Shown here: positions 36,490 to 49,662 of the stretch, piece by piece | Layout of the letters: every line of letters begins with the position of its first letter | Position numbering within the stretch: position 1 is the stretch's first letter | Assembly: GCF_041956535.1 (NCBI RefSeq) | Contig: NW_027192198.1 | Location: 901,834-965,833, forward strand | Source of the DNA: Calcarisporiella thermophila CBS 279.70 | Taxonomy: Eukaryota > Fungi > Calcarisporiellomycota | Direction of reading: 5' to 3' | DNA: 64,000 nucleotides | Notes under the pieces: model-generated | The model's input: the letters and a program-made list of their open reading frames with translations, nothing else | The model's database searches: none | Told to the model about the DNA's origin: nothing | Made by a program: the position numbers and the translations under genes

Positions 36490-36890
36490 TAGAGAGGCTA
36501 GGTGTCCGTGCTCAGGACAGTAGAAATAGCGTTCCACTTTCTTGAGCTGCGATTTCTCGTCTTCGCTAAGATTCTGTTTCTTAAGTATAATGTCGAATTT
36601 CATTGTGTTTAGTCCACTCTGACCATGTCGTGTAGTCGGGATTCTTGCTGAAGACTTTTACTTTAGCTGTTGTTCCGGAAATGCACCGCATCAAAAAGCT
36701 CTGACATTTTAATGTCATCAAATAGTGTAATTGCTTCTCTAGATCCCATATCTCGTTGAGTCTGGAATCAAATCCACAAATATATCGGTCAATGATTTCT
36801 TCTTGGGTCAGGTCTGGTATTTGCAAGACGATTGATCAGAATGCAAAGGCATATTCTTTAACACCTCCTTTCTGGTTTCTTATTTCAATA
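36490..36890 (-). pseudogene. Degenerate Ty3/gypsy-type gag fragment
   Basis: RNQKGGVKEYAFAF*..QIPDLTQEEIIDRYICG (retrotransposon gag-like) and LSEDEKSQLKK..FYCPEHGHLA (decayed CCHC zinc knuckle). Confidence 0.65.
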
Positions 36891-37616
36891 TTCTATAAAT
36901 ATAACATTAAATGCTAAATAAGGTTGGCAAGGAATAATTTTTGGGTGATTTTAACAAAATAAGACTAATTTGTTAAATCTACCTTATTAACTTCATAGGA
37001 TACTTTATAATAATGATCCATAGCTTAAGGTATATAAAATTCAAACTACTATGAAAGAAAATATACTTAGCATTGGTTTTAGTTTAAATAATCTGACATT
37101 TTTCCAGAGAAAATTGATATTTTGCACTAGAGAAAAAAATTACTGATATATTGATATAATTACGAACCGTTATTATATCTTGTTATATAGTAATATCTAT
37201 TTACCGTTGTTTTTCACCTCAATATACATATCAATTTCCAAGCTAGAGTAAATGCTGTGGAGCTCAGATTTAATACGAATAACCAAGAAAAAGAATGCGT
37301 CACTAATCATAGCTTGGACCAAAATAAACATAATTGGGGATATAGTTTATCCGCTGTAATAGTTCGAAGAACTAGCTTTGTTTGATTTTATCCAATTGGT
37401 GCGTATTGATTGGAACGTGACTCCAGAGTAATGGGAAACAGTCGAACTATAAGCTATCTGACTCTGGTAGATATAATCATAAAATATGAGTCATAATATT
37501 TTTGATATATATAGGATTTTGTTTGTTCATATTGTTTCGTTTTAAGTATTTTACTTTATTTTTCGAGATCAGCATTACTTGATTATTATCTATCTTTCAA
37601 CAAAGAAAAAAATAAA

Positions 37617-38445
37617 ATGCTCATAACGCTCGTTAGGCAGTAAGATTTAAAATTTTCTCTAATAGTTCCACAAATTGATTGTTATCGATCATAGTGGAGA
37701 ATCGACCGATAATGTAAGCTGGCTTTGGTCTGGATTCTCTGACCCTCAACTAACTTCACTTGGCCTAAGACAAGTGGAGCTTGTTTCTGCACGTTTCAAG
37801 GACACAAAAGTATTTCTAATATATGCAAAGTAATTTCACTTTTCGTTGAGTAGCAATTAATTTAAACAATAGTTTTCGAGAATATATTCAAGTGATCTTC
37901 AACGGGCAAGACTCACGGGTGAAGCCATCCTTGCTCACAATCGCTATCGCTTGTCTACGCCTCCTTTAATAATAGATACTCGTATAAGAGAGATAAATTT
38001 CGGTGAATTAGAGGGCACTCCTTGCTCAAAGTTAGATCTCAAGAAGAAATGGGATCGCAGCGTAAAATTTCCTGGCGGAGAGTCATTTAAAGATTGCTTT
38101 TTAAGAGCATCAGCGATAGTAGATGAAATTCTGAACGAGTATTTAAATACTTCGATTGAAAAGGAAAATAGTACAGAGGAGAGGATTCGGCTAACCGATA
38201 AAGATGAACCGCATATTCTGATCGCTACCCATGGTGGATGGATTTCTGAATTCCTGCGCGTCCTCTCTCTTCGTGCAGGTATCACTTTCGAATTCTCCCC
38301 TATCCCTAACACTAGCGTTACTACGGTGCGTGTTTCTCTGCCTTCCCGATCGAAAGGTATTCAACCACCAACGAACGGCAAAACGCTAAAACTTGAATAT
38401 TTGTTTAAGTATGATGTGTCTCATATAGAGTCAATACTCAATTAA
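37617..38445 (+). CDS. Histidine phosphatase / phosphoglycerate-mutase family protein (3 exons)
   Basis: Spliced LVRHGESTDN..SG..D..LT..GLRQ, YSSDLQRARLT, REINFGELEG, PGGES, IATHGG, PNTSVT. Confidence 0.9.
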
Positions 38446-38719
38446 ATGCAATATTACCGGATATTAAATTTAATTGAAGTGATCACAGTTGCTATCACCA
38501 GTGAAATCATAGAGTCATGTATCTTGTTGAGAATATTTGGTAAATACAACATCGCATTGTTGAAAATAATTAGAAAGTTACCTTCAATATTGCGATATTT
38601 AAAAACCTGAACATGATTATGCAAATTTATAATGGTGTATAGACCATCATGAGAATAGTTAACTGTATCGAAGATTCAACAAAATTATTATTAAAATATT
38701 ATATTATTTATCCTTGAGA

Positions 38720-39340
38720 TTTTTTTCTATTTTCTATTTTTTTCTCTTTCCCCATTTTAGCCTGAAGCTTTCCTCGTCTTTTTTCCTCTGTGCCTGTATC
38801 CATTGTCCATTGATTGCTATGATAAGATCTGATAAAAAGATACACTTGAATGCGATGTCCTCGTGTTCTTGGTTGTCCATTACAATTGCAATCCTGGTCT
38901 TATATATACTCCACACCATGATGTCGTGTAACAACATGGAGACTTGTCGATCTTTGCCCTGTGTCTCCTCGTAGAATCCGAAGAGTTTCTCGTACTTATG
39001 CATGGTTGTCCAGGGCTTATCGAGGATCTTTTGATGGAGCCTGTTAAACCACCTCCACAGATCTCCAATTCTCGCACATTCAAAGAAGGCATGTTCTATT
39101 GTCTCTATCTCTTCTCGTCGACATCTCTTGCAGTTGGGGCTTGAGTGGTCGAAGTGTTGGACAATTCTTGCTGTTATCAGCTTGTGTTGAAGGAGACGCC
39201 ATCGAAGGCTCTTTTGCTTTGGTTCGCTTGGGCGTCTTGGCCAGCTCTTCCAGGCTCTTCTCCACGCTCCTTCACCTGAGGTAATGTGCGCCCATTCTCT
39301 AGTTACCGCAACTGGATCTGCTATTACGCTCTCGAATACC
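38720..39340 (-). mobile_element. 5'-truncated L1/Tx1-clade non-LTR retrotransposon (ORF2 C-terminal zf-RVT region) with A-rich tail
   Basis: WRRAWKS..LRWRLLQHKL..CKRCRREEIETIEHAFFEC..LW..WSIYKTR; A-rich tail after the stop at 38734; 5' boundary uncertain. Confidence 0.85.
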
Positions 39341-39397
39341 TTGTGACTGTCAAAGTAACTTGATCGTACCAAAAACCGATTTTCTTGTAACACTGAT

Positions 39398-39811
39398 TGT
39401 TGCGTCGAATAATAGACTAATAAGGTCTTTCCTGACAATCCCCCAGATACCCCTAAGCTCTTGATTGTCCTTCCGTAAACACTTCAGAAGGCTAATAAAC
39501 GACACAAAGTGGATTGTAAAATAATCCGGTTCTATCCCAAAACAAAATAGCACACTTTTTATTGTAAACAAAGATGTTTCCCTTTTATACTAAAGATAAC
39601 GTACCACAAACATAAATGTAAACAAGATAATAAAAATATAATGAGGTAATCAAGGAAAAATATGTTAACCGTAACCGTAAGCTAATTAATATACTAATAA
39701 AACCATCCCAAGAACTTAAAGAAGTGTAAAAGAAAAATAAGCCACCAAAACCAAGCCTCCTTTCCTCCCACTGCGCCATAATTCCATATTGTGCCAATTC
39801 TCCTCACAACA
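39398..39811 (-). mobile_element. Solo LTR (copy 1)
   Basis: TGTTG...CAACA termini; 414 bp; minus-strand TATAAAA followed by AATAAA; similar to copy 2. Confidence 0.8.
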
Positions 39812-39817
39812 ACGATG

Positions 39818-40256
39818 TGTTGCGTCGAATATATGTCTAATAAGGTCTATCCCGACAATCCTCCAGCTATCCCTAAGCTCTTGATTGTCCTTCCTTAAAC
39901 ACTTCAGAAGACTAATAAACGACACAAGATGGTGGTTTGAAACGTATCCGGTTCTATCTCAACACCAAATAGCACGTCCTTTATTGTAATTGAAATATCG
40001 GTCTTTTTATACTGTTGTTAACGTATCACATAGGGAAAAATATAAATAATATAAGTAATAAAATGGCATCATCTCAATATAATAAAGTTATCATAAAATA
40101 AGGTTGGCGTAATAAACAACCGTATAATATTAAATATTCTCACAAAAGGCTCAGTTAAAGAAATAAAAATAATAAAGTGATCAAGTCACAAAAGCTAAGC
40201 CTCCATTCTCTACTACTGCGCCATAAATCCATATTGTGCCAAATTTCCTCACAACA
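39818..40256 (-). mobile_element. Solo LTR (copy 2) with 4-bp TSD GATG
   Basis: TGTTG...CAACA termini; 439 bp; GATG at 39814-39817 and 40257-40260; ends 9 bp before tRNA-Lys. Confidence 0.87.
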
Positions 40257-40265
40257 GATGTGATA

Positions 40266-40338
40266 GCCCGGCTAGCTCAATCGGTAGAGCGTGAGACTCT
40301 TAATCTCAAGGTTGTGGGTTCGACCCCCACGTTGGGCG
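40266..40338 (+). tRNA. tRNA-Lys(CTT)
   Basis: Identical to 34519-34591; downstream TTTTTT terminator. Confidence 0.97.
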
Positions 40339-40592
40339 TTACATTTTTTACTGTATTGAAAAGCTTTAATGGTTAAATATAATCTTAAAAAATCCAATCT
40401 AGATATAAAATTTAAATTTAAGTTAATGGTCGTGAGAAAACAGGCGCAATTCTATTTTCTAAGGAGAATAAAATGTATAGTAAAACTCGTATGAATGTGT
40501 ATACATGTCAAGATAAGGAGGAACTATTAATAATTAGCCATACTAATATATTTAATATAAACTAATTCAGACACATTTGAAGCGGAAAAGCA

Positions 40593-43500
40593 CTACAAAA
40601 TTCCTTGAGAGTAGTACTGGAAAGTATCGTACAATTTTGTAAACACATTTCCATAACTTGATATAATTAATCTGTCCACGAACTCATCAATTTGCACTTC
40701 TGTGAGGGAAAGTTGAAATCGCTCTCGTAGCATCGATAAGGTATACTCTCCACTGAAGCATGCCAATTTCGAGTCCTTTTGCATCATTTCCACAAGCAAA
40801 ATAATGCGATCACAGTGTTTGCGGACAGCTAAAAATGCACGTTTCATAAGTGCTCGAAATTCGGCAAATAATTCGCTTTGAAGGCCACCGAGAATATCAA
40901 TGTATTCTTGCGGAAGTTTAAAAGGTGCCATCTCGAATCCAACAGAACCAGGGGAATTAGAGAGCATAAACCCGAAGTCGATATCTATTGAAGTTGTCAA
41001 AATTAGCTCCTTGGGCACTTGAATACCATTTAGTTATGGGAACTAGCTTACGAATAAGATGGCCTTCTTTATCCAGCAACACATTCCCGTTGTGTCTATC
41101 TTTAATTGAAAGTAAGTAGCATATTATTGAGTAGGCCACAAGTGAACGCATAAAGCAGTCCTGAGCCTTTTGGAATTCCTTAGTAGATGGGTCTCCATAG
41201 GTCTGAAATGGTACGTAGTAAATGGTATTATAAGAACAATACAAATAAATAAGTAAATAAAAAGCTTACCCGTACAAAATGATCGTATAACGTATACATC
41301 ACTCCAGGACTATGATATCCCCGCTTATATGCATCCTTCTTAATTGAGTGCACAGATATGGAGTTTTGAACTGTCTCGATCAATCCTGCATTATCTGATG
41401 TGACCAACACTCGGAAACTAAAATAAGATGGACTCAGTAATTTTGTCTAATATATAAATGAAAAAAATGTTACTATTTAACCCAAACGGGTACTTTCGCT
41501 TCTTCCCAAATCCGCTGCATCTCACGTATTAGTTGTGTAGCCAACTGTTCCTGTCGTAGATCAGAGCCATGCTTCACAATTACACTTAGCAAACGCCAAT
41601 TCGAGAGATGACCATAGGGGGAGCTCTCACGAACTCGTGACTGTTTCGCCTCCCAATCCTCCTGGAAAACTGCAGCTAATTAAAAAAATTTTATTAAATT
41701 TATATTCGAGAAAAATATAATGCAGAATAACTCACCACTTGGATCATCTTTATTGACTTGCGGAATTCCTTCAATCTCAACAGTTTCGACGTCAACAACT
41801 TCCACTTCACCTTCCTGTTGCTGGGTTACTCTTCGCTCTTCAAGTGCCATCATCTCATTTAAAATTTTTTGGCGAATAGCTTCGAATTTTTGTACGTCGG
41901 CACGTTGCTTTTTTTGCGTAGCAGCACGTTGATTGCGTTGCAACTGTGCAAGCATAATAGCAGCTGCGCGCATTTTGCTTGCAAATTCATCAGAAGTAGA
42001 ATCGGAGCGGTGCCGTACAATCTTTGTTTTGCGTGTTGAAGAGCTTGCACTATTTGAAATCTTTGAAGAGGTATGAGTGGGATCTTCTACAGACTGGGTC
42101 GAAGAAATGGTGACTGCTTGGGTCGATTCAGGCCGGATCGGTGGTTTACTGGATTCATCTTCATCCCCAATGTTCTTATTGCTATCTTCTTTTGTAATTG
42201 GTATTGAAGAAATTACTATTTTGTCGGCCTCTAATGGAAGAGTGTCGTTCATCTTATCCGACTCTATAACTATAGAAGAAGATCGCTCGGGTTTACTCTG
42301 CTCATTGCTCGCTTTTAATTCTGAGTTAGATTCTAATATTATACGTCGGCGATTTGATTTCTTAGGTGTAATGTTTGAAGAGGACACGGCATCATCGTCA
42401 AGAATTTCAATAAATAATAGATAAGGAACCTTAAAGAAATATAAGTTAAGCAAAATGAATTAAACAATAACAGATGTTAATAATTACTCGCTCTGCTGAA
42501 TTTAATACTACTGCTTCATTTGAAGCGATTCGCACTACTCGATGGTGTCGACAGTTTGAATTACTAGACGCGGTACACCACATTGGAATGCAAATCTCTG
42601 CAGGCAAATTGCGATTCAGCAATGTTAGCTCTGCATGCAGAGCACTTATTCTCGCTGCCTTAGGAACAATCATCAGGCGTGTTGAAATATCAACAAGTGC
42701 CAAGATAAATTGCATCTCGGATTGAAAACTTGAGCTTTTGATACGGCGGTTACGGGTATTAGATTGTTGAGGTAGTGCCGCTGCAAGGCTTGGAAGAGAA
42801 TTTGTGATGCGGAGACCTTCGGATGAACGACGCTCAGAAGGAGGGTTCTTGACCGAGACATCCTCCTCAGAGCCTGAATCGGACGAATGACGATGCAAAT
42901 CAGGCTGAGAGCTGAATGCAAAAGAACTAGAGCGTGGAATATCCATTGTCGGTTGGTGAGTCGAAAGAAGAGAAGGGGAGAGTGAAGAGCGCGATTCAAT
43001 GCTAGGGGTTGATCCATCCAAGGTTCTAACGCGTCTACCCTGAGCAATTGCAAGCTGGCCCGCACTACGTAAAAGGAAAGGAGCACCAATCGCAGCAGCC
43101 ATTATGCCCATTCCTACCACCGCTGGGAAAGTATTCTCACGTACACGATATGTCGGCAGACCTAAACTAATAGATGCGGTCTCACTTCGTTCTAATAAGT
43201 CGTCCTCACCCAGCACAATAGCCTGGCTTTTATTGAGCAATCGTTTGCAAAGCGTAAAGGCTTGTGAATGAGGTGTTGCTGAGAGATCGGAAACATAAGC
43301 TTGTAAAAACCATAAACACTAAAATATAGAATAGGGAATTATTTAATTATCAAGAGGAAGATACAATAAACCCCGATCAATATACTCACCAGTACAGCAA
43401 TGTGTGACGATTCTTTACATTTGTCAATAATAAAGCTCTCCAAGGCAACTGATTCTGATGGACGAGTAACAAGTAAATGCCTTGCATTTTAAAGGTAAAA

Positions 43501-43715
43501 TTCAATTAGCAAACTCTCCTATTTGAATCAAATGGATAAACATACACTAATTGAGGAAGGAAGAATTCAATTTCGCTATTAGGAAATCTCTTTAACTCAT
43601 TGCAAAGATAATGTTGAATGCCAACTGAATCAGGGTATCGAAAAAGGTAAGACACGGCGATCCACGAGTTGAAGTGTTCCGATGTGAATAAACGAAGCAG
43701 TAATGGATTGGACAT
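40593..43715 (-). CDS. PIK1: Phosphatidylinositol 4-kinase III beta, multi-exon
   Basis: LLLRLFTSEHF..FFLPQL, VVLNSAERVPY, SPYGHLSNWRLLSVIVKHGSDLRQEQLA, KDRHNGN, IDFGF, FEMAPFKL, YDTFQYYSQGIL. Confidence 0.96.
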
Positions 43716-44146
43716 AATTAACTAATGAAATAGAGCTAGTTGTAATAGAATGTCCAATGTTATCGCGTAGTTTGCGATGTACGGATTTAGCAATACAAGA
43801 TGATCGCTTCTCGCTCAATTTGATGAGTCTCCGAAATCATAACTTCTTGAAAGCGTAGCTTTCAGAAATTTTGAACCATATCGAGCGAGGAAAACTCCTA
43901 CACGTGTGCTAAGCCATTAATCACATTATTGCAATTATAAAAATTCGGAATAATAACTAGTCTTTATTCTAAATATTAATTCCAAGTTTGAGTAGCCAAG
44001 AAAAAGGCCATATAGTAAAATCTGGCTTTAATAAATATTGAATGTAGATATATGTGATCTGTATCAATAAATAAATGTTTACAAGAAATGCAATCTACAA
44101 ATGCTTTATGGACATATATGTTGAAATTCCAGAATGAATGCGATCG

Positions 44147-44910
44147 CTAGCAATTCTCAGCAGCAGTAGGTTCAGCATCTGAAATATCCTTTCCATTGCC
44201 TTCATCTCCACTATCTGATGTGGATTTCGATTCTACTTCGCCGTTACCATTTACGAATGCCTTACTAGATTTGTCAGTGCTGTCTTTATCGTCCTTTTCT
44301 TCATTTTTTGTATTATTGATTCCTTTCGGCCCTGAATAATCACCCGGTACAATTGATTCACATCCTGCCTCCGATCGACCAACGTTGCAATCTTTCTTGT
44401 TATCGCAACAGCGGATACAATAAAGCCCATCTATAAGATTTGATAATGGATTTAGTATGATAGCTTCAAAGATAATGGTTTGATATCCGAGTACTTACCA
44501 GAGGGCTCTACAAGATTAACAAAGCTTTTATAACCAGCACAAGATGCGCCAACTGGTGCTCTTACGTCATACTGGCCCCCTTCGTCCAGTTTGGATAGAC
44601 CATATTTCGATGGGTCAATTCTTCCGGTTACTTGAACATAGCCTTTGCCTGATGCGAAATGCGCACTTTGTATGAAACCTTTTGGAAAGAGTTTAGCACC
44701 AGGCGCATTCTTCATATCTTTGGTGCAAAAAGCGATGGCATTATCTTCTGCCTTAGCGATATCACCACCGAATTTTGGGGGGAGGAAAAAGCAGAAGTTA
44801 TCGGCGCTAACAACTGAGGCAACACTACCCTGCTCGCTTTTTCCTTTTGGTGCAGCCACAGCGAGAGATGCGACTCCAAAAAATGCTGTGACAGTTAAAA
44901 GATATTTCAT
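44147..44910 (-). CDS. Secreted cysteine-rich protein (resembles the core of the MP88/macrophage-activating glycoprotein family), intron 44431-44498
   Basis: Signal peptide; NFCFFLPP, AIAFCTK, FIQSAHF, YVQVTG, DEGGQYD, FVNLVEP, YCIRCC, CNVGRSEAGC; acidic tail. Confidence 0.75.
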
Positions 44911-45444
44911 GACGCAAAAGGAACCTTATAAATATAATAAGGAATATACACTCGATTGAGCAAGGTGAAAGGGTGCTTTTATAGTAAACTGACAAGGTGG
45001 GCTGGAGAAGGCTATTAATAGGACGCGGCGTTTGTATAGAACTTCTGCTGATTGTTTTTCCTTGGAATAGGCTATTAAGATGTTGCTTTGGACTTCTCCG
45101 AGCAATAATTTTTTAATCTATTTTAATACCAAGCAAATGGGATCAAGCGGAATTTTTGTACTCTTGGCAATGGATTTGTGCAGGGTTCCCTGGGCATTCA
45201 ATAACCCAGACTCAAGTCTTTTGAGGAATCCAAAGAAATGGTATCCATTTTGTATAACTTTATGAGTTCATTTATCGAAATATTCTTTACTATAGAATTT
45301 TAAGAATTTTTAATAGAGCTTAGTTTGTTTATACGCCGAATATTCAAGATATTTATATTTATTGACAAATTTCGCTAAAGTAAAATCCACTTGGCAGTCA
45401 CTTATAATAACTCCCCAAAGGCTGTATTAGTTAAGTCAACTGCG

Positions 45445-46408
45445 ATGAGAATTGGACTACATCCGAGAAATTTACTAATATCTTTACGTCGATGCCTGAC
45501 TACACGTGTGAAACGCGTCAAACAACTTAAAGAGCAAAAGTAAGCTAATAAATTGACCTTTCTAACAACTCGCTCTAATTTTTATCAGAGAACTTAAATC
45601 TCTTTCTCTTGCTGACCTCCGGTCACTCTCGCAATTCTGTGGCCTTGAGCAAACTGGGACTAAATTGACGCTTTCCACACGACTTCAGACACATTTCGAA
45701 CAACTTATGTCTAATCCTAATAATGCAGTGCCATCCTCTGTAATTTCTTTAGATTTAGGTTTTGCCAATCTTGCTTTTGTTCATCTCGATCGCGAGGGAC
45801 ATGTGCTTGATTGGAAGCGAGTACGCTTGAATGTTGGTCCTGGATACGATCCTTTAGTGTATGCAAAGGCAGTTGAAGGAGTGATGAGAGAACTGACTGC
45901 TTTGAAAGCAATGGCTTATGTAGTGGAAAGACAGAGAGTGAGAACACTTGGATCTCCCAACGTATTACAGACGGTTCTAATGGTGAATTTCGTAGAAGCA
46001 ATGATACATGCTTTTCTTGTTCAACATCGCCAAACATATCCTGACACTGTAGTAGAATACGTTTTGCCGCGGAATGTAGGGCGGCATTTTGGACTGGATG
46101 AAATGAAGGCAGGGAATGCTCTGATTCGAAAAAGTGCCAACAAGAGGGATGCACCTATAGAGAACGAGGAGGATAAAAGTGCAAAAAATTCTGCCAGAAA
46201 CTACTACGAGAAGAAAAGGAGATCAGTTTTGATGGTTGAGGAGTGGATATCCACTGATAAGTGTATTAAATGCACTGATGATTTTAAAGTAATGTTTACG
46301 AATGAAGCTAAAAAGGATGATTTATCGGACTGCTTATTGCAAGCAGTTGCATGGATGGAATGGAGAAAAAACGCTTTTGAGGAAGCAAAGCGATATATTA
46401 AAAAATAA
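45445..46408 (+). CDS. Mitochondrial Holliday-junction resolvase, Ydc2/Cce1-like (SAP plus RuvC-like fold), intron 45540-45588
   Basis: Arg-rich presequence; SAP-like LKSLSLADLRSLSQFCGLEQTGTKLTLSTRL; SLDLGFANLAF, VVERQR, KKDDLSDCLLQAVAW. Confidence 0.87.
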
Positions 46409-47045
46409 AGAGCTATTATCCAATATACCATTATATAGATTTGAGTGTTAACTATTCATTATTGATATTGATATCTTTGTAATAACATGATCCTTTTACT
46501 AGACGCTAGGGGTATAGCTGCCACGAGTTTGTTGAGGATGTGCATTGAGGGATAGCCTCTCTGTAAATTTTTGTTCTTGGGCAACCGGAATAGTCTTTGC
46601 TTGACTTGTAGTAAGAGAAGGATTGGCAACTGGAATCGCAGGCATATTAAACGGGACGCTAATCTTTAGTTCATATTGTTAATATATTTACATCTTTATT
46701 TTGATGATTAATATTGCGGGATTTATACTTTGGGCTTGAAGAATTTGTTTATATCAAATCTTGATGTTGTAATATATACAGAGGGAGAAGATGTCCGAGT
46801 AGAAGATTGAGTGGGCTGTATTAGAACAGCTTCAACTAAGGCACCGACAAGCGAGCATATTATTGTGTAATATACTAGTGTGATCATTATATTTGGTTAT
46901 AATAGAATCGAGTGAGAGCTCTTTAAAATATTCGGGAGAGAAGTTGTTGTTATATTCGTTTAGATGGGTATTTAGAGTTTTAATATTGTGATGTTTATTC
47001 TATCACTAATTAAATACATCAGTACTGCATGCAAGCAAAAATCTT

Positions 47046-48211
47046 TTAATCAAATATGATATCTACATGAACCTCGCCGAACTCTGTTCTTTTCCAAGCA
47101 TAGTCCAACTCTATTCTCGATAGGGTGATTTTCTGCTCTAAAATAAAAGCTGTATTTAACCAGACCCGCCACAGCTTTTTATCTTTCCACCATGCTGTTC
47201 TCGTAACTTGAACGGCAAAATCGGCCTCAATGATATACGGTATTAGAGGACGAAACGTTATATAATCGTTTTGAAAAGAAATTTCCACCTTTCATAAGGA
47301 GAAGTGAATTAGACAGAATTAACTAAGTGCGTTATGATGAATGGATTTTACATTATTCAATACTCTCATTTTGCGATTCCCATCACTAACCCATAATTTC
47401 ATATCTATGAGACAAAGTGGTGTTAATGAAATGCATCCAAAGTACTTATATCTATCAATATTACCATTAAAATTATAGCCTTTAACGTGCATTCTTACTT
47501 CCTTTAATTTCTTTTTTTGAGGAGAATATATCTCACTTTTGAGATAATCTTCAAAATATTGGATATATCTCTTTTGGCTAGGAATAGTGATTCCTTGTCC
47601 ATCTAGAGTTCGCAATTGTCCATACATGCGTATTGCTTCATCAGTTGTATTGACTATTTTTGCCCAAAGTAAATATGCACATATAACCGTTCCAGTTCGC
47701 CCTTTGCCTGCCTTGCAGTGTACAACGCATACTCGATCAGAGTCACCATTGAGAAAAGTTCCAATATCTCGAGCAAAGCTAATTAACAGTGAAAAAGGTG
47801 GGGGATGATGGTCTTCAAAAGGATATCTAGATACTGTATAGAGGGAAGAAATCTTAGGCGATGCATTCTCTAGATACAAATATTCATCCTTACTCTGGCA
47901 GGGGAAGGAGCTTTCATCAAGAATTCGTTCTTGACATAGAGAGTACAATTTATAATTTCCAGGGTGTCTTTCCTTCATGAACTTAATAAAGTCCTTTGCT
48001 GAATTTCTATAAATTGCTTCCACTCCATTTGCAGGTACTGACATTGCGATAAGATTAGGAAGAATATCTATTTTCTTTATAAACAATACTTTATCCATTC
48101 TTGGTAATAAACAATTTAATACAAATAATTACAGCTCAAGTCCAGATCCCAATCAACATCAGTAAATCGGCGACGATTTTCCGACACCCATCGTTGTACT
48201 AATCTCTTCAT
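47046..48211 (-). CDS. PTEN: PTEN-like phosphoinositide phosphatase, multi-exon
   Basis: VSENRRRF..DLDLS, IAMSVPA..YRN, PFEDHHPP, VHCKAGKGRTG, GITIPSQKRYIQY; short C2-like tail with WLNTAF. Confidence 0.93.
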
Positions 48212-48738
48212 TTTCCTAACATTAATAGAATATAGATTTATCATATTCACATCCAATTTTGTTAAATCAAATTTGACAGTCACATAGCAAAGTACAAATG
48301 TATTTAAGAGTGTTTATGTTTGAATTTTTATTCTTTTCTTTTTTTAATGTTTACTGATTTTACTTTATTCTATTAACCCTTATGAATTTTATCTATTATT
48401 CTAAGGTAAAGTTCACCTCCCTATTTTCTCTACTATATTATAAGATGATGATAGCTTTATGCCTCTTCAGAAGTGGACAAGATGCAATCCACTGTATGAT
48501 TGAGATAATTTAAATTGTTTCAACCCTATCTGATAACCATATACTACTCGATTTTAATGACTAAATATAAGAATTGAATCTAACGATTTATTTCTTGTGC
48601 AATAGGTGTTATTATCAGTAATATAGCAGTTGGAAATCTCCGGCTTATTGTAACATTTGAATATTTTCTACTTTATTAAAAAAAATAAACGGTTCAAGAT
48701 ATTTTAGATATATATTTTGCATCTATATGGTTATTTTA

Positions 48739-49662
48739 TCATGACGATATCTGGGATACTATCCAATCTAATCCTTCGTATAGCCTAAGTGAAAGAACAA
48801 CGTAAGAAAATAATTATATTTATAAATTCGGATTAAGTTACCCTTCTCCAGTTAATCCACAACATGCCTGGATATGCCAGGGACATTCGCGGTCCTTTAA
48901 GCTAGTAAGGTTAAGTGCCTCACTAATTTGCGCTGCTGTGAGCGCACCCTTGACATCTTGCTTATTTGCAAAAACAAGCATGACTGCATTTTTTAAGGAC
49001 TATGGAATAACTAATTAATATGAATCAGAATTGCAGCTATTAAAACAGATAATTACCTCATGATCTATCATTTTATGAAATTCGGAGCGTGCAAGGTGTA
49101 AACGTTCCTGGTCAGTACTATCTATGACCATGATGACTGCCTAAAAGCATTATTTTTAATAGAATAATTTTTCAATTATTTTCATGATGTTCTTCCAATT
49201 ATTATATTACCTTTGTATTAACGTAGTAAGATGCCCATGTTGAGCGCAGATTTTCTTGTCCACCAAGATCCTATTGCCATTATTCTCTATGACTATTTTA
49301 TAAACTTAAATTCACCGTAACTCTCCACTCACCCACATCAAAAAGTGAATATTCTTATACACGATTTCCTAAAAAATATAGGAGAATGCATTTAAAACAA
49401 TGAAAGAAAGGAAGAGAGAAATAGAAATAATCGTATTACCTCAACATTACTTCCTATTGTAGGCGTTGTTGTTACAACCTCGTTCAATAGCCTATGTGAG
49501 AGTGGATCAACATTAATGTGATTGAAGCGCAGTAATTGAAATAGCTGCATACAGTTTATATAAAACAGTTGTCTTTCCGGCATTATCAAGTCCCACAAGG
49601 ACAATCTTGAACTCCTCCTTACTAAATAGCTTTTTCCATAATCTACTAAAAAGGATACCCAT
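48739..49662 (-). CDS. ARL5: ADP-ribosylation factor-like GTPase 5, multi-exon
   Basis: [59 protein letters not shown]. Confidence 0.9.

Noticed and set aside
39398-40256. Two LTRs as the ends of one deleted element
   Set aside because: Only 6 bp apart, no PBS/PPT, diverged middles, and copy 2 has its own TSD
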